In this document: positions 50,327-64,000 of the stretch, one piece after another | Numbering within the stretch: the first letter of the stretch is position 1 | How the letters are laid out: each line of letters opens with the position of its first letter | Source of the DNA: Camelus dromedarius | Lineage: Eukaryota | Direction: 5' to 3' | Assembly (NCBI RefSeq): GCF_036321535.1 | Contig: NC_087455.1 | Location: forward strand, 12,462,001-12,526,000 | DNA: 64,000 nt | Program-made: the position numbers and the translations under genes | Notes under the pieces: model-generated | Told to the model about the DNA's origin: nothing | Seen by the model: only the letters and a program-made list of their open reading frames with translations | Databases searched by the model: none

Positions 50327-50732
50327 TGAGAACTGTGAGACTCTGAGAGGTTAAGTAATTATGGAGAAAGAGTTAAAAAGAAAAGCTTTTCAACCAAATT
50401 TAACATCAACTAACTTGAAAATAAGTATATTGTGTGGAAGCCCTAACACAGTATGATCAAATTTTAAAATGATAACTTTGGTGTAAGAGATTTCACACTG
50501 AAGTACCCCACACTTAAAAGCATGCTCATTGTGGTTACAATTCATATTTATTTCTTTTTTATACCTAGGCTTCTGGTATCTTCATTACTTTCTGTTGCTC
50601 TTTCCATTTTTGATATCCTTTTTAAGGCATGAGAACAAATTGTTAAAAGACCATTTAGAAATTGTTAGCAGCCATTCTGTTGGTTTTTGACTCTCTTACT
50701 GATGTTTCACATAAATGTGTTTTTCTTCATAG

Positions 50733-50891
<159 letters not shown>

Positions 50892-51472
50892 TAGTAATAG
50901 CTTATTGTGATAGTAAGTAGTGGGGAGCGGAAAGGGACATAACAGAACGTGTACATCTTTCTGAGTTACTAAAGAATTTACTAGCTTATATCATGAATAA
51001 TTGTCTTTTCCTTCCATTGGTACTAGTTATCTTAAGTATTTTAGAGTTTTATTATAATTTCCTGCTCCTGTGAAGTATTATAATAACCATGGTTTATACA
51101 AAGTCATATGGCTTTCAGTCTTGACCATAATCTAGTATATATGAGAAATGAAAAAAAAAAGGGGAGCTTATTTTGGTAGCGTTGGTAACCATAGCCTTCC
51201 TTCTTATCCCTAACCATACAATATTCTCTTTTTCTCGCCCTTAAGAATTCATTACTCATTAGCTTTTAAATTAACTGTTGCATGTTCTTATGCCATTGCT
51301 CCCAAGATATTTGTAACTCGTAAATCAAGACTAGGAAACATTCCTTTTACTTGGGGTAGCTGTAAGTTATCTGTGGCCCTAGTCACCATGAGTTCCAGCT
51401 CACAAACCTATTCTTAAGAGCACGAATGGCCACGAACTGTTTGACAACCAGAATGCCTGGTACCTTGCCTAA

Positions 51473-51661
<189 letters not shown>

Positions 51662-52247
51662 TGAAAATACAAATTCAAGAATGTCAAATTCAGCATCATT
51701 TTTTCCCGTTAAGTAACAAATACATACAGCATGTCCTTCTTTTAAGAGAAGCAAAATAAACTGGTAATTATTGTCTGAATTTAGAATACAGTAGACTTTG
51801 AACAGAACTACAAGTGAGTAAAGATTATGTGGAGGTTAGGAGCTTCCCCAGTGTAACAATTCTATCTTCTTTATTTTTTTACATCAGAGGTATCAATATC
51901 TAGCCTGATACCTAGTCCACTGTGATCACTTAAGAAATGTTTGTCAAATAAGTGAATGACTTAGAGGTAATCATAATATTGGGATTCCATTTTGATATCC
52001 CAAGCAAAATATGAAAAATAGGCCAACTGGAAGACAGTCATTGTAAATTTAAAATTCATTTTGCATCAAATTCTCAAAGCTCATTTTTATAGAAGATAAG
52101 GACCCTTCCAGGAAAACCTGCATTCTCCTCATAATATAAAGCTTTTAGGAGGAATGGGAGCAAAATGGTCCTTTTAACTGTTATCAGCTTCACTCTGTAA
52201 GAATGTGTATGCCTGGGAGTTTGATCATTGTCTTTTTCTCTTCATAG

Positions 52248-52391
<144 letters not shown>

Positions 52392-53794
52392 TAGTAAAAT
52401 GTAGTGTGGTTTTCCATACTACTTTTATTGTGAGCAGCTGCAGTATGATGTAGAATGTAAAAGTGTAAGATTCTTACCTCTCCTGAACAGAATACATAAT
52501 ATAGAAGTATAACAGTTAATTCTGTTTCATATCATTGTAATAAATTATGTATCATGTAATCTATATTGTATATAAAATAATTTATATATTATAGATTATT
52601 AGAGATATATAGTTGTAGATGGTACCTCAGTTTTTTAAAAAAGTAATCTGAATTTTCTTTACCTTAAAGATAAATTTGGGAATTTTGAAAGTCTAATGAC
52701 TTTCTAAAATTTTCAACTATTACTCATTGGCAGATGTAAGGAAATGAATGAGTTTTCTGTTGTCATTTTCAGGTTGATAAATTTTGAAAAGTTATCACTC
52801 AGGGCCAGGTTGAAAGTGAATCCTTATCCATATGTATGTAGGAACAAAACAACCCCGAGCAACAATAGCACATACCCCAGTGATGTGTTACATATGTCTG
52901 TGCAGAGCTATGACTTCAAGATTTAGGGTCTTAAAAACAGGACCCACCTTAACCAAATGTAATTTCAGTCCCTAGCACACAGTTTTTAATTTGTTCAATT
53001 AATGAGTCAAAAATCTGGATACAAGGTCCATGTCAGAAATAGCCAAGAGTCAGGGAAGAAACAGTTACTAAGCAGGAGTCAGTTAGGAACTTGGGCTAAT
53101 GACATGCAGGCTAGAAAGAACCTTTCAAATTTATAAACTAGGACAAAATAAATAGGGCAAAGAGGCAGATCCTCAACAGAGAGGGGCTTTGGGGACGTAT
53201 GTTTTCAGCAACACTTGGTACTGCTGCCCCCTCAGCAGTAAATTAATCTCCAGCGACTCAGCTGTCTGTTTCCCGTCAGCTTTATCAGTACGTGAGGAGG
53301 CTCTCCACCAGCACATGTAATTCATTCACATCAGTTTGCCCGAGCGGTTTTAACACCCATAGCTTTGAAAATGAACTTTGAATGGTCTTGCCTGTGTTTC
53401 TGGAAGTACCCAGAAAAGCAAAAATGATAAATAACATGAGAAAGAAGAAGAAGTTTGCTTATCAAGCCCGACGTTGACAATGCAGCTTTGTCCCTTTAGG
53501 TACAGCAGCTAATTCATTAGAATCTGAGGATCCGTTACTGAAGAGACACTGAACAATTACCACACAGAGTTGTAGTAAAGGAGATTCTTACATCAGATGG
53601 GAGGTCATCTTCAAGTCTAAGATTCTTTAAGTCTCTCTGGGGGATTACTACTCCGAACCACCAGAAAATCACAGATGTTTTGGTAAAATCTCTGTAAAAG
53701 ATGCAGCTTACCAAGAAAAACCCGTTGGTCTTTCCCACTTGAAATTGACATAATTTTTAAACAAATTTTTTTCAAATTTATGAAATTTTGGTGC

Positions 53795-54171
53795 AGGTTC
53801 ACATTCTTTATTCACAATTCTGAAATCTAAAGAGCTCTGACAAAAAGAATGTACATATATACACATACCCACATGGACACAGAGTCACTACTTAGACAGC
53901 AAAATCTAACCTAACATGAAGTCATTTGGAGTCAGAACCTGACTAGAGCAGATATGAGGCTATACATAGTCTCTATTTATCTCACTTTTGTGAATATTCA
54001 TAAATTTTACTGCAGAAATATTGATGTGTCTTGATCACAGAATGTCAACTAAGACCCGACTGGAGTATTACATCATAACTGATATGTGCTCCATATTACT
54101 TATATCTGAAAAATGCTGTATTTTGAAACAAACCCAGCCCCAAGGATTTCGAGAAAGGAATCGTGTACCTT
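53795..54171 (+). mobile_element. MER96B-like hAT-Tip100 element
   Basis: caggttcacattctttattcacaattctgaaatc...gtgaatattcata...ccccaaggatttcgagaaaggaatcgtgtacct termini. Confidence 0.7.
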
Positions 54172-54352
54172 AATATAAAACTGCATACATATAAGAACTC
54201 ATAAGTTTACTGTATCACAGCAGGCTTTTTGAAAATACAATTTTGAATTTTCTTTCATTTTATTTTTCACTGAAGTGTAATTTATTTACGGTGTTAGTTT
54301 CAGGTGATAATTTTGAATCTTGAGGATACAAATTGACCCAGGTCATAGCTAA

Positions 54353-54694
<342 letters not shown>

Positions 54695-55545
54695 TAAAAG
54701 ACTGATTTTGCCTTCCTCCTCAATGACTCCTTCCTTTCCTTCTTTAAAAGAATAAAAGCAGCTGGGAACTATGTAAAACATTTTGAGCTGGGCTTTGGAA
54801 TTATAGAGGAAAGAGGGATATTAATTTGGCCAGAATTCGAGATTTCAGAGAGGAGAGATTTGAGCTATCTTTGGAGAGAAGGTGTATTCTTTTAGGCATT
54901 CATTTAAGAAGTAATTGTTGAGTGTGCATTACGTCACTCTCCACGTGCTCAGTGCTGGGGCTCCTTGCTGACGAAGGTAGTCCAGGTCCCCACTCCTAAT
55001 GGGCTTGTAGCTGAAGAAAGAAGGCAAACAACTAAAGGAATGAGAGGAAAGCAAGATAAGTGTTATCTTAGGGGAAGTGCAGGATGCTGTGAAGCAGAAG
55101 ATGGGGGCAGCCAGGATTACAACGAGTGAGAAAGGGAATATGCAGACAGCCCAGGCGAAGGAGGCAGCGTGAGCAGGGCTGCAACGATCTGCAGCGTCTG
55201 CAAGCTGTCTCACTTTCCTCTCCAGTACATGTATCATTCACTTATTTAAAAGGGCACCAAATCCTTTTGCAAAAATACAAATTGTAATTTGTATACTACA
55301 AATCCTTTTGACATCCTTTAAGTAGTAAGGATTATTTGACTTCATTTTCCTGAAGAAAAAAAATAATTTTATGCACTGTAGATATTTTTCTTACCAGAAG
55401 AAAATGAAGATTTGGACCTGTGATAAGTGGATATATTGTTACAGAGCATACCTACTCTGTACATTTCTTTAGGTAGCCTGCTAGTTTTTTGTATGACTAT
55501 CTTAAGTGTAAATAAAAAGAGTTTATTTTGTTGATATTTGTTGGG

Positions 55546-55747
55546 TTTTTTTTTTTACCTTTTTTATTGAGTAGTAGTAATTTTACAATGTTGTGTCAAA
55601 TTCCAGTGTAGAGCACAATTTTTCAGTTATACATGAACATACATATATTCATTGTCACATTTTTTTTCGCTGTGAGCTGCCACAAGATCTTGTATATATT
55701 TCCTTGTGCTATACAGTATAATCTTGTTTATCTATTCTACATTTTAA
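55546..55747 (-). mobile_element. Short young L1 3' end
   Basis: Reverse copy of the 3'UTR seen at 18180-18360; approximate TSD tgttgg(g)ttttt on both sides. Confidence 0.85.
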
Positions 55748-55879
55748 TGTTGGTTTTTTTAAGGCAACTCAAAATCAGGAGCTGCCTGCAGATACCAGGT
55801 CTCCACAGTATTTGCTGCCATTCATTGAGAATTCATATGAACCAGAATCATAGGAGATTTTTCTTCATATACTGCTTTC

Positions 55880-56040
55880 TCATTTTTTTTTAAATTAGTC
55901 TTACAGAATGGACAACATTATCCTCATGTTGCTGATGAGAAACATAAGGCTTAGAGAGTTTAAGTAAAATTTTCGCAAGGTCACATAAGTAGGTAGCAGA
56001 ACAATAATTTAAATTCAGGCCTGTATCACTTCCAAGCCCA
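55880..56040 (-). mobile_element. MIR SINE
   Basis: gatgagaaacataaggcttagagagtttaagtaaaattttcgcaaggtcaca. Confidence 0.7.
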
Positions 56041-57173
56041 CGCTGTTTCTTCTCTCATTAATCCTTCTATTAACCCCTCTGCCTCTTAGAAGGTTCATTT
56101 TGTCCGTGGCTTAAAGCAGTGTGTTTCAGTTTTCTCCTTGCCCTGCAACTTTGATTAACACAGAGGTTGAGCTGTGGTGATGGTGTGTATCCACCCCTCT
56201 CTCTGCCATGCACCTCCCCCATCCCTGGCTGATTGGACCAGGACCCAAGATGGGTCAGATTCCCTACCTCCAAATAATTTGGAACTGGGCCTGAGAAACA
56301 GTTTCTGGACATGAGTTTACCCCCAACATGCAGATTTGGAGTTTGGGGCAGTCTCATTCTGCCATGTTATAGAGAATGGTCTGGAGAGAAAAAAAAAAAA
56401 AGTTGGCCAAACACATCAAGAAGGAAAACAATGAAAGCTTCCTGGTTTACAGCTCCAGGCCCTTCCCGAGACCAGGCCACATTCCTGTGACATTGCTGTG
56501 CTTATCCTTGAAATAGTCTTCTCCCTATCTGCTCATGGCCCTTGAGGTGATATGTACTGTGTGCAACTGAAGATTCCTAGTACGGGAGGCGATGGAGCCC
56601 TGGGACACAGCAGCTTTTAGAAGTCAGGCAGGAGAACAGCCAGCAAAGCAGATTGAGAAGAGAGTGGCTTCTGGGAAACCAGAGGAGGAGACATTTTCAT
56701 TCCTCGGAGAACTTAAGTGAGAGTGCTAAAAAGAGGCCATTGACTTGGGTGACTGCGGTTATGAGGGACCTTAGGAAATTCCACTGAGGTGATGGTGGAG
56801 GTCAAATGTCAGGGAGTTGAAGAATAAACAGGAAGTGAGAACTAGCAGCAGTGAGTGTGGGATCTGTCAGTTCTAAGTGATGGTCTGAGATGGGAAAGAC
56901 ACAGAAATGGACAACTAGGGGGAGACATGGGATTACTTTTTTTTTTCTTTTTTTAAGAAAGAGTTAGAATGGCAGCCAAGAGAACGTGTTAGAGATAAGA
57001 AAGAAAAGGCCCTGGTTATGCCACAATCTGAGAATTGCTCCCGGTGCCCAGGATTCTCAAAGGAGACGGACTTTTGAGAGACTGCTGTGTCCTAGAACTA
57101 GGTCATTTATTTGGCCCATGTAAACTCAGCTGCTACCAACACCTGCCTCCCCTGGATCTTGTTTCTCTTGCAG

Positions 57174-57326
57174 GTCTCAGCGTATCCGTTGCCCGAACAT
57201 CGCAGCACGGCCCTGACGAATCAGGCTGCCATGCTGTATGTCATTCTCTACTTCGAACCTTCCATTCTTCATACCCACCAAGCAAAAATGAGAGAGATAG
57301 TGGATAAGTACTTTCCAGATAACTGG
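57174..57326 (+). CDS. WASHC5: WASHC5 exon 7 (153 nt), followed by a GC donor
   Basis: [51 protein letters not shown]; donor TGG|GCAAGT. Confidence 0.95.
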
Positions 57327-58866
57327 GCAAGTATCACCATTAGTCTTTTCCTCCGTGTACTCTTGTCAGAGAACTGAGTTTTCCATTCTTTTGGTCTGTA
57401 ACCCAGAGGTCATAATATTGAAATAAATGAGACATAAATGCACCTAAATAAAATGACTTTAAGTATGTTGAGAATTTTGTAAATCATAACATGAAGAAAT
57501 AATCAGTAAAATTTCCTGAAGAACCTGTTTGTTTTTCTTAAATGGATACTCTCAAGGTAAAAGCTTGCGTTAAAATGTGTCTTGCTTTGGCTACTGCGAC
57601 TGCAACTAAGTTACATAAGCATTTCTTTATTCTTCTCTATTTTATGAATCTAAGCTGGCAGAATTTATCTAACTTGTCATTTTGTGAATAGGAATCTCAG
57701 TTTTGTAATAAGCTTAATCTAAGCTAATGTTGATGGGGCCACAAAGGTTTGCATTACTACAAGGATGCACTTGTAGCTTTTTAAACACTTTCACTTAAAA
57801 ATATTAGTTCTTAAAAGTTTAAAACTTACAATGTACTTGATATGAATGGAGTGGTTTCATTACACATGGAGGTTTTAACAAAGTACAGTGAATTGCATCA
57901 CATTCTCCGGTAGCAGGTTTTATTTCACACCTTACTTACCAGCTATTGAAACACAGACTGTGATGAGGGACCTGGGTAAGGAGCTTTAATGGTGAGAAGA
58001 ACAGTTTACAATTAGGAAGTGATGCTTCCTATCCATGAATGAGTCAAACTCATGAGCTAGGAGTTGAACAACCAAGAGGAAAACTCTGAGAGTCTGGTTT
58101 CATTTACCTAAGCTTAACAGAGAAGTTTTGACCACAATCCTGTACTCAGGAACACTTTTAATATTAAGGAAGGTCAGAGTCCAGTTACATGATACTTACA
58201 AGATACACTCCTTAAAAAAAAAAAATACCCTGGCATACTGAAAATAGAGTAATAATAATTTTTTTTAAATGCCAGGCAAATGCCTACCAATAAAAAGCTA
58301 GTGAGAAAATATGAATATTATACCATAAAGAATTTTAAAGAAAAACATTAATGGGGATAAAGAAGGGTCATATATAATATTAAAAAGAATAAATGTGGAA
58401 CAGCGCCGTTCTTCTCACAGATTTGAGGGGGTAATGTTAATTTGATTTTTTTTGAATTTATATTAGCATGGAATGGGTTTAGCATTGTTACTTTAAATGA
58501 ATTAATAATTTTTTAAAATTTTTGAGTTTCAGTGTGTAATATGATAAATATCAATAGATATAACCCACTTTTTTAAAAACAGTTCTTTGGGGGGTCCTCA
58601 GTAAAGTTGCACTCTTAACTTTTGAGAATGTAAAAGTGAGATGAAAATGTTTGGGAAAACCACAATTCTATTCAAAATCTCTGCTTTTTTCCCCCTTTCA
58701 TTTTTCTTCATTTAGAAATCTAACACACAGCAGTTTGAAAGAAAAACCTTATTTTAGTTATTTTTCCATGAATAGCAACATTTAATAGTCACTCTTGTTC
58801 CCAATTGCTGATAAAGAAAACCACCTACCTGTATATTTGGAAAATCTTGGTTTTTCATTGGAATAG

Positions 58867-59091
<225 letters not shown>

Positions 59092-60460
59092 TAACTGGGA
59101 GAATTCTCAAAAAACTGCAAGCCTGCTTTCATGGGGTAGGAAATGCACTAGGTGGATTTCCCAAGGAATTTGGAAGGTGTCCACGTAGACATTTTACTGC
59201 AATGATTAATGAAAGGTGAATTTTGCATGTCAGAATAAAACAGATAATTATAGGTTTTTAACTTACATGGGCCATATAAATGGGAGACTCGGATCCTAAA
59301 GAAGAGTCAACACCCTAAGATGAACCAGTGTGACTTTTGGCCCCAACTGACTTCGTTTATGCTTATTACTTAAAGGCTGCGTCTTTATGGACAGAGCTGC
59401 CGTCATCAGTAGCGAGAATTTTAATGTTTTCATCACTAGGATGAGTGCTGAAGCTGGTAACTGAATGCAGACAACATACCCTTTCACTGTAATTTAAATT
59501 CATCATTTCTGGTGTGGGAAGTTAGCAAAAGTCAGCTCCTTAAAGTTTAAATGGCTACGTTCTGTCTCTCTGATGAGAAACCAGGAAGGAAATACCTGAG
59601 TAAAGAGAAGAATCAAAATAAAATCTGTTTATTGGGGAGCATACTTGATACTTCTAAGCAGTAGTTATCTCCCTCAGCCTGGCTGACTGAGTTTTTGAGT
59701 TTCCAAGTATGGATAGAATGACATTGACTCAAGGAACTTCAGCATGTTTTATGCAAATAAATTGAATTCCATAAATAATGCACAAAATAATTTCAGTTTT
59801 GGCCCGTCTCCTAGAAATATATTAGAGAAAGTGGTGCTTGCGTACTTACTGGTCTCAGAGCATAAATTTTTTATTACTAAAATTCCCTTCCAAAAATGCA
59901 TTTTCTCATTTGTGACATTGCGAGTTCTTCAGAGGCTTCTGATGAAACATCCTGTGATCATTTTAAACTAACCTCACTAGGTTAATGGTGTTTACCCTTT
60001 AACTCTTGCTTTAGGTAAAGGAAAAGGACCAAATTTCCAAAAGGCTGATTAATTCTGATACAATGAGGTGTATTTTTTGTTAAGCTTTTATGTGTAGAAA
60101 CTCATCTTTTGAGCATCTTTGCTCTGCGTCTTTTGTCGATAATAGCGGGAAGAATGGGAATTTAGCTTCTGCCTTTGTTTCTTTCCATCCAAGTAAAGAA
60201 TAGAAGGGACCCCAGAACCACCTGCTGCAGTTCTCAGTCTATGTTTGAAGAAACCCAGTACCAGAGGTTAAATCCAAAGTCACACCAGTATTTAATCACA
60301 GCAGAACTAGATTTTAGTCTCTTAATTCTAAATCCAGTGCTTTTTTCAAAAATGTCCAATAAACCTCTTGCCCTTGAACCTTATCAGCTAGAGTCCGTAT
60401 GTTATTTTTCTCATAGAAATGTTATTATTTGTCAAGGGATTCATTTCAATTCTCTTTTTT

Positions 60461-60865
<405 letters not shown>

Positions 60866-61063
60866 TGAGAATCAAGTTGCTTTTCTAAGTTAAGCACCTT
60901 TGTGTCAATTTTCACAAGGCAGTGGCCCACCTGAACAGCCCCTGTGTCAGCTACTGTCAGGTGCTAGGGAATGTGAGGAAATTGACCTCCCATGTTCGAG
61001 GAGCTTGTCTCTGGTCAGACTGGGGAGGTTAGATGTGTACCTATGAAAAGGTAGCTGCAGATC

Positions 61064-61550
61064 TGTGGTGCGCTGAGCAGTGTCACCCCACCCCATCCTC
61101 CCTAAGACGTCCGTGGCCTAGTCCCTAGAACCGGGGGGCATGTTATATTGTGGAATTAATGTTGCTAATCAGCTGACCCTAAGTAAAGAGATCAGCCCAG
61201 TGGGCCCAGCATAATTACAAGTGTCTGTAAAGCAGGAAGAGGGGAGCAGGAGAGTCAGAACTAGAGAGATGGCATCATGAAAAAGACTCACTAAGTCATT
61301 GCTGGTTTTAAAGGTGGAAAGGCCACAGCCAAGGAGTACAGGCAGCCTCTCGATGCTGAAGAGACAAGAAAATGCTTTTCCTCTGGAGCCTCCAGAGCAA
61401 GCACAGCCCTGCTGATACTTGATTTTAGCCCAGTGAGACCCATTTCAGACTTCTCACCTCTGGAACTGTAAGAGAAAATATACATCTGTATCATTTGAAG
61501 CCACTAAATTTGTAGTAATTTGTTAGAGTAGCGATAGGAAACTTAAGACA
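61064..61550 (+). mobile_element. MLT1D-like MaLR solo LTR
   Basis: TG...CA ends; ggccacagccaaggagtacaggcagcctctc...ttttagcccagtgagacccatttcagacttc. Confidence 0.85.
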
Positions 61551-64000
61551 AGGGCCAAGCCAGTACCTAAGAGCCAGATGTGTAGAACAGACAGACGGTG
61601 AGGGGGATCTGAGTCCAGAGACCAGAGCAGGAAAGAAACATTGCCTGGGGTGGAGAAGCAGAGGTGGTCCGGGAAGGCTCCACACAGGAGACAGGAGCTG
61701 ACTGGGCCTTGATAGGATTTTGAAGTAAAAAGCAGAAAAAATTCTAGACTGGAGAAATGATGGAAGAAAAGGTCTGATTTGGGAAGTACAGAAAAACATG
61801 GGCCCACTGAGTTGAAGAACTGGCCAGACCAGAGTGCTTAATTAAGGTAGACAGAGTCTTAATCTTTTGGGGTGATGGTCCTCTCTGAGAGCCTACTGGC
61901 CGTCAAGTTCAGGTGCTTCACAGATGGTGTGACACACCTCCACAGGGCCCATAAGCCCATGACTTTAAAACCCCTGGTTTAATGGTAGAAAAATAAGTGA
62001 ATTGGACTCACCCCTGAGCTTATTCAGAGCTGACACAGATCCTTATACTTAGTAAATGCTTGGTCAGCATTAATTACTCAGGAGTGCACTCATCCAGAGC
62101 TGCACACTCCACCCCCAAGAGATGGGCCATTCAGCGGCCCTGTAAAGCCAAACCTCCACTTTTTGTTTTTCACTCAACAAACTTCTCTTGAGTATCTACC
62201 CTGGTACCACTTTCAGCATCACCTTGTTCTTTCAGGTAAGGCTGTGTTTCTCAAAAGTACTGTCCACGCCAGGTAGTTCTGCAGCCTCTCTTGGTGGCAT
62301 AGTAGCCCCGCCTCCCAATCCTTCCAGGCAAGATGTTACATTTCCGCCAGCCGCCACCTGTTTCTGCTTCCTGTGAGTGGTCAGCAGTGAGAAAAGCAGT
62401 TGGACTTCCTCGTCCTTCATCTATTTGAGAGTGTGTGGAATTTCTCCTCAGCCGCCTTTTTCACACTAGAAATCTCCAGCTTCTTAAATCTTTCAGACAA
62501 ATGCTACTTTCCGGGTTGTTTTTTTTTTCCTTCCCATCATTTTGCTTCTTGGCCTGAATCTCTCTCCAATTTACAGTTTACTCAGCACAAATACCATGGC
62601 TGAAGTTTTTAATCATTGAATGGATCTGTTTTTAACTAGTTGAGTTTATGTCTGACATAAACTCCAGTTCTAACCTGAGGATTTCACTACACCGACGCAG
62701 CTTGTAATCTTCTTTACCAAAAGCCTTACATTCTGTAGCATATAAACAACTCAAACCCTTGCTTTATCCTGTCATAAAGCAACTGTGGGTGTCCAGTGAC
62801 TCAGCCTCCTCTTCATCTTCTGGACGACTGTGCCTGACAATTGAGCCTACATTCTGGAAGCCAGCGGCGTCCTGGATGTGTGCCCCTGCTGGGGACAACT
62901 TCACCTTGTCAGAGTTCTGTGCTTTTATCTTCAAGCACATCTGTTTTCCATTTCTGTGCCTGGCAATTGTCTGACCTGATTGCACAGGGTCTGGATTTAC
63001 CAGAAATCATTTGATTTGCCTCTCTGGTTGTGAGTCATACGTGGAAAAAGTAACTGCTCCTTTAGCTTTTATGGTGCGTCAGGTATGGTGTGCAGAAAGG
63101 AAGGCAGATTTGTCAAAGTCCCGTCTGTTAACCCGCTGAAAGCATTTCATTCCTGCTCAGGATGCTTCTGCTGCAGTGCCTTGTAGCTGTTGAAGAAACA
63201 GACCCTGAGCCAACATGGGGTGGGCGGGGCCGGCTGGCTACCTAAGCCTGACCCTGAGGTTCCAGGGTTCTAGGATCTGTCCCTCAGTTCTCTGGTTCTG
63301 AATTCTTGAGAGTCAGATCTTAGAGGATCAAGCCCTGAGAAAACTGGAACCCAGTCTGGTTTATACTAAGGAACTAACTGTTCATGCACAGTGATGTCTC
63401 CTGTCCAAAAATGAAAGCAAATTAATATCGGAAGATTTCTTGTTGAATTAGAATTAATACAAAGACAAGTGGAGCTCCTTCCAAGCTTTGTTTTGTTTTT
63501 GTTTTTTAGTTTGGCAAATATGAAGGTATAACTATCTTAACTACTTCTGAAGGATACATAGTAAATCAGAATTCTGCAGTTTCCCATGAAAACCGAGTCC
63601 TTCTCCAGGTTGTCAGGAGGCTCCTTCTGACAGAATAATTTGGAAATCAGTATATAAAACAGCCTTGCTCAGGCTTCACCATAACTAAAGTACCAAAAAC
63701 ACCCCTGCAAGGTGCTCATAAAGCATCGTCATTCTATCCATGCTGGACATCCTGAGATGCTGATGGGAGGCCTGGGAAAGCAGGAGTTAGAACATGTGAC
63801 ACTCGAACGACCATCAGGGCCCTTGCACCTTATCACTGTGGACTTTTTAACAATATTCATCATCTTGAAGTTTTTATTTTGACTTTATTTGCAGTCAGAG
63901 TAGCTTTTACTTGTAAATATTTTGCCTTGTCCTATTTTCTTATTCTTTCTTAAATAAATCATTGGCCCCATAAACCAATTTCAGCAAATATCAGTATTTT

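Noticed and set aside
53487-53760. Exon-like block after tttgtccctttAG|G in WASHC5 intron 5
   Set aside because: No convincing donor, an immediate stop in the incoming frame, and no recognisable pseudogene parent.
62759-62985. Overlapping 71/73-aa ORFs in WASHC5 intron 9
   Set aside because: Not strumpellin sequence, no homology recognised, no exon signals. The next WASHC5 exon appears to lie beyond the window.

Overview
Mammalian genomic DNA from a draft assembly with three N gaps. The tRNA-derived SINEs and young L1 3' ends look camelid-like. The window holds a head-to-head gene pair sharing a CpG-island promoter at about 45.2-46.1 kb. NSMCE2 (MMS21, SMC5/6 SUMO ligase) is on the - strand: a non-coding first exon near 45436-45545, a first coding exon with ATG at 39773, a 39.6-kb intron, and the start of the next exon at 43..1. 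WASHC5 (strumpellin/KIAA0196) is on the + strand: a non-coding exon 1 ending at 45779 and eight coding exons (50084-60803) encoding residues 1-383, with the rest beyond the window. Introns are filled with MIR, L2, L1, MaLR/ERVL LTRs, hAT MITEs and recent SINE/L1 insertions with target-site duplications. Nearly all ORFs in the supplied track are spurious. I see no CRISPR array, rRNA/tRNA gene, prokaryotic insert or novel multi-gene system. The most interesting unexplained signals concern RNA processing and translation: a GC-AG intron followed by an exon that regenerates a GT donor, a WASHC5 uORF, a possible hydrophobic N-terminal extension of NSMCE2, candidate recursive-splice sites and poison exons in the long NSMCE2 intron, and paired CLEAR-type E-boxes in the bidirectional promoter. 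These are motif-level hypotheses only. Repeat family names and boundaries are by eye.
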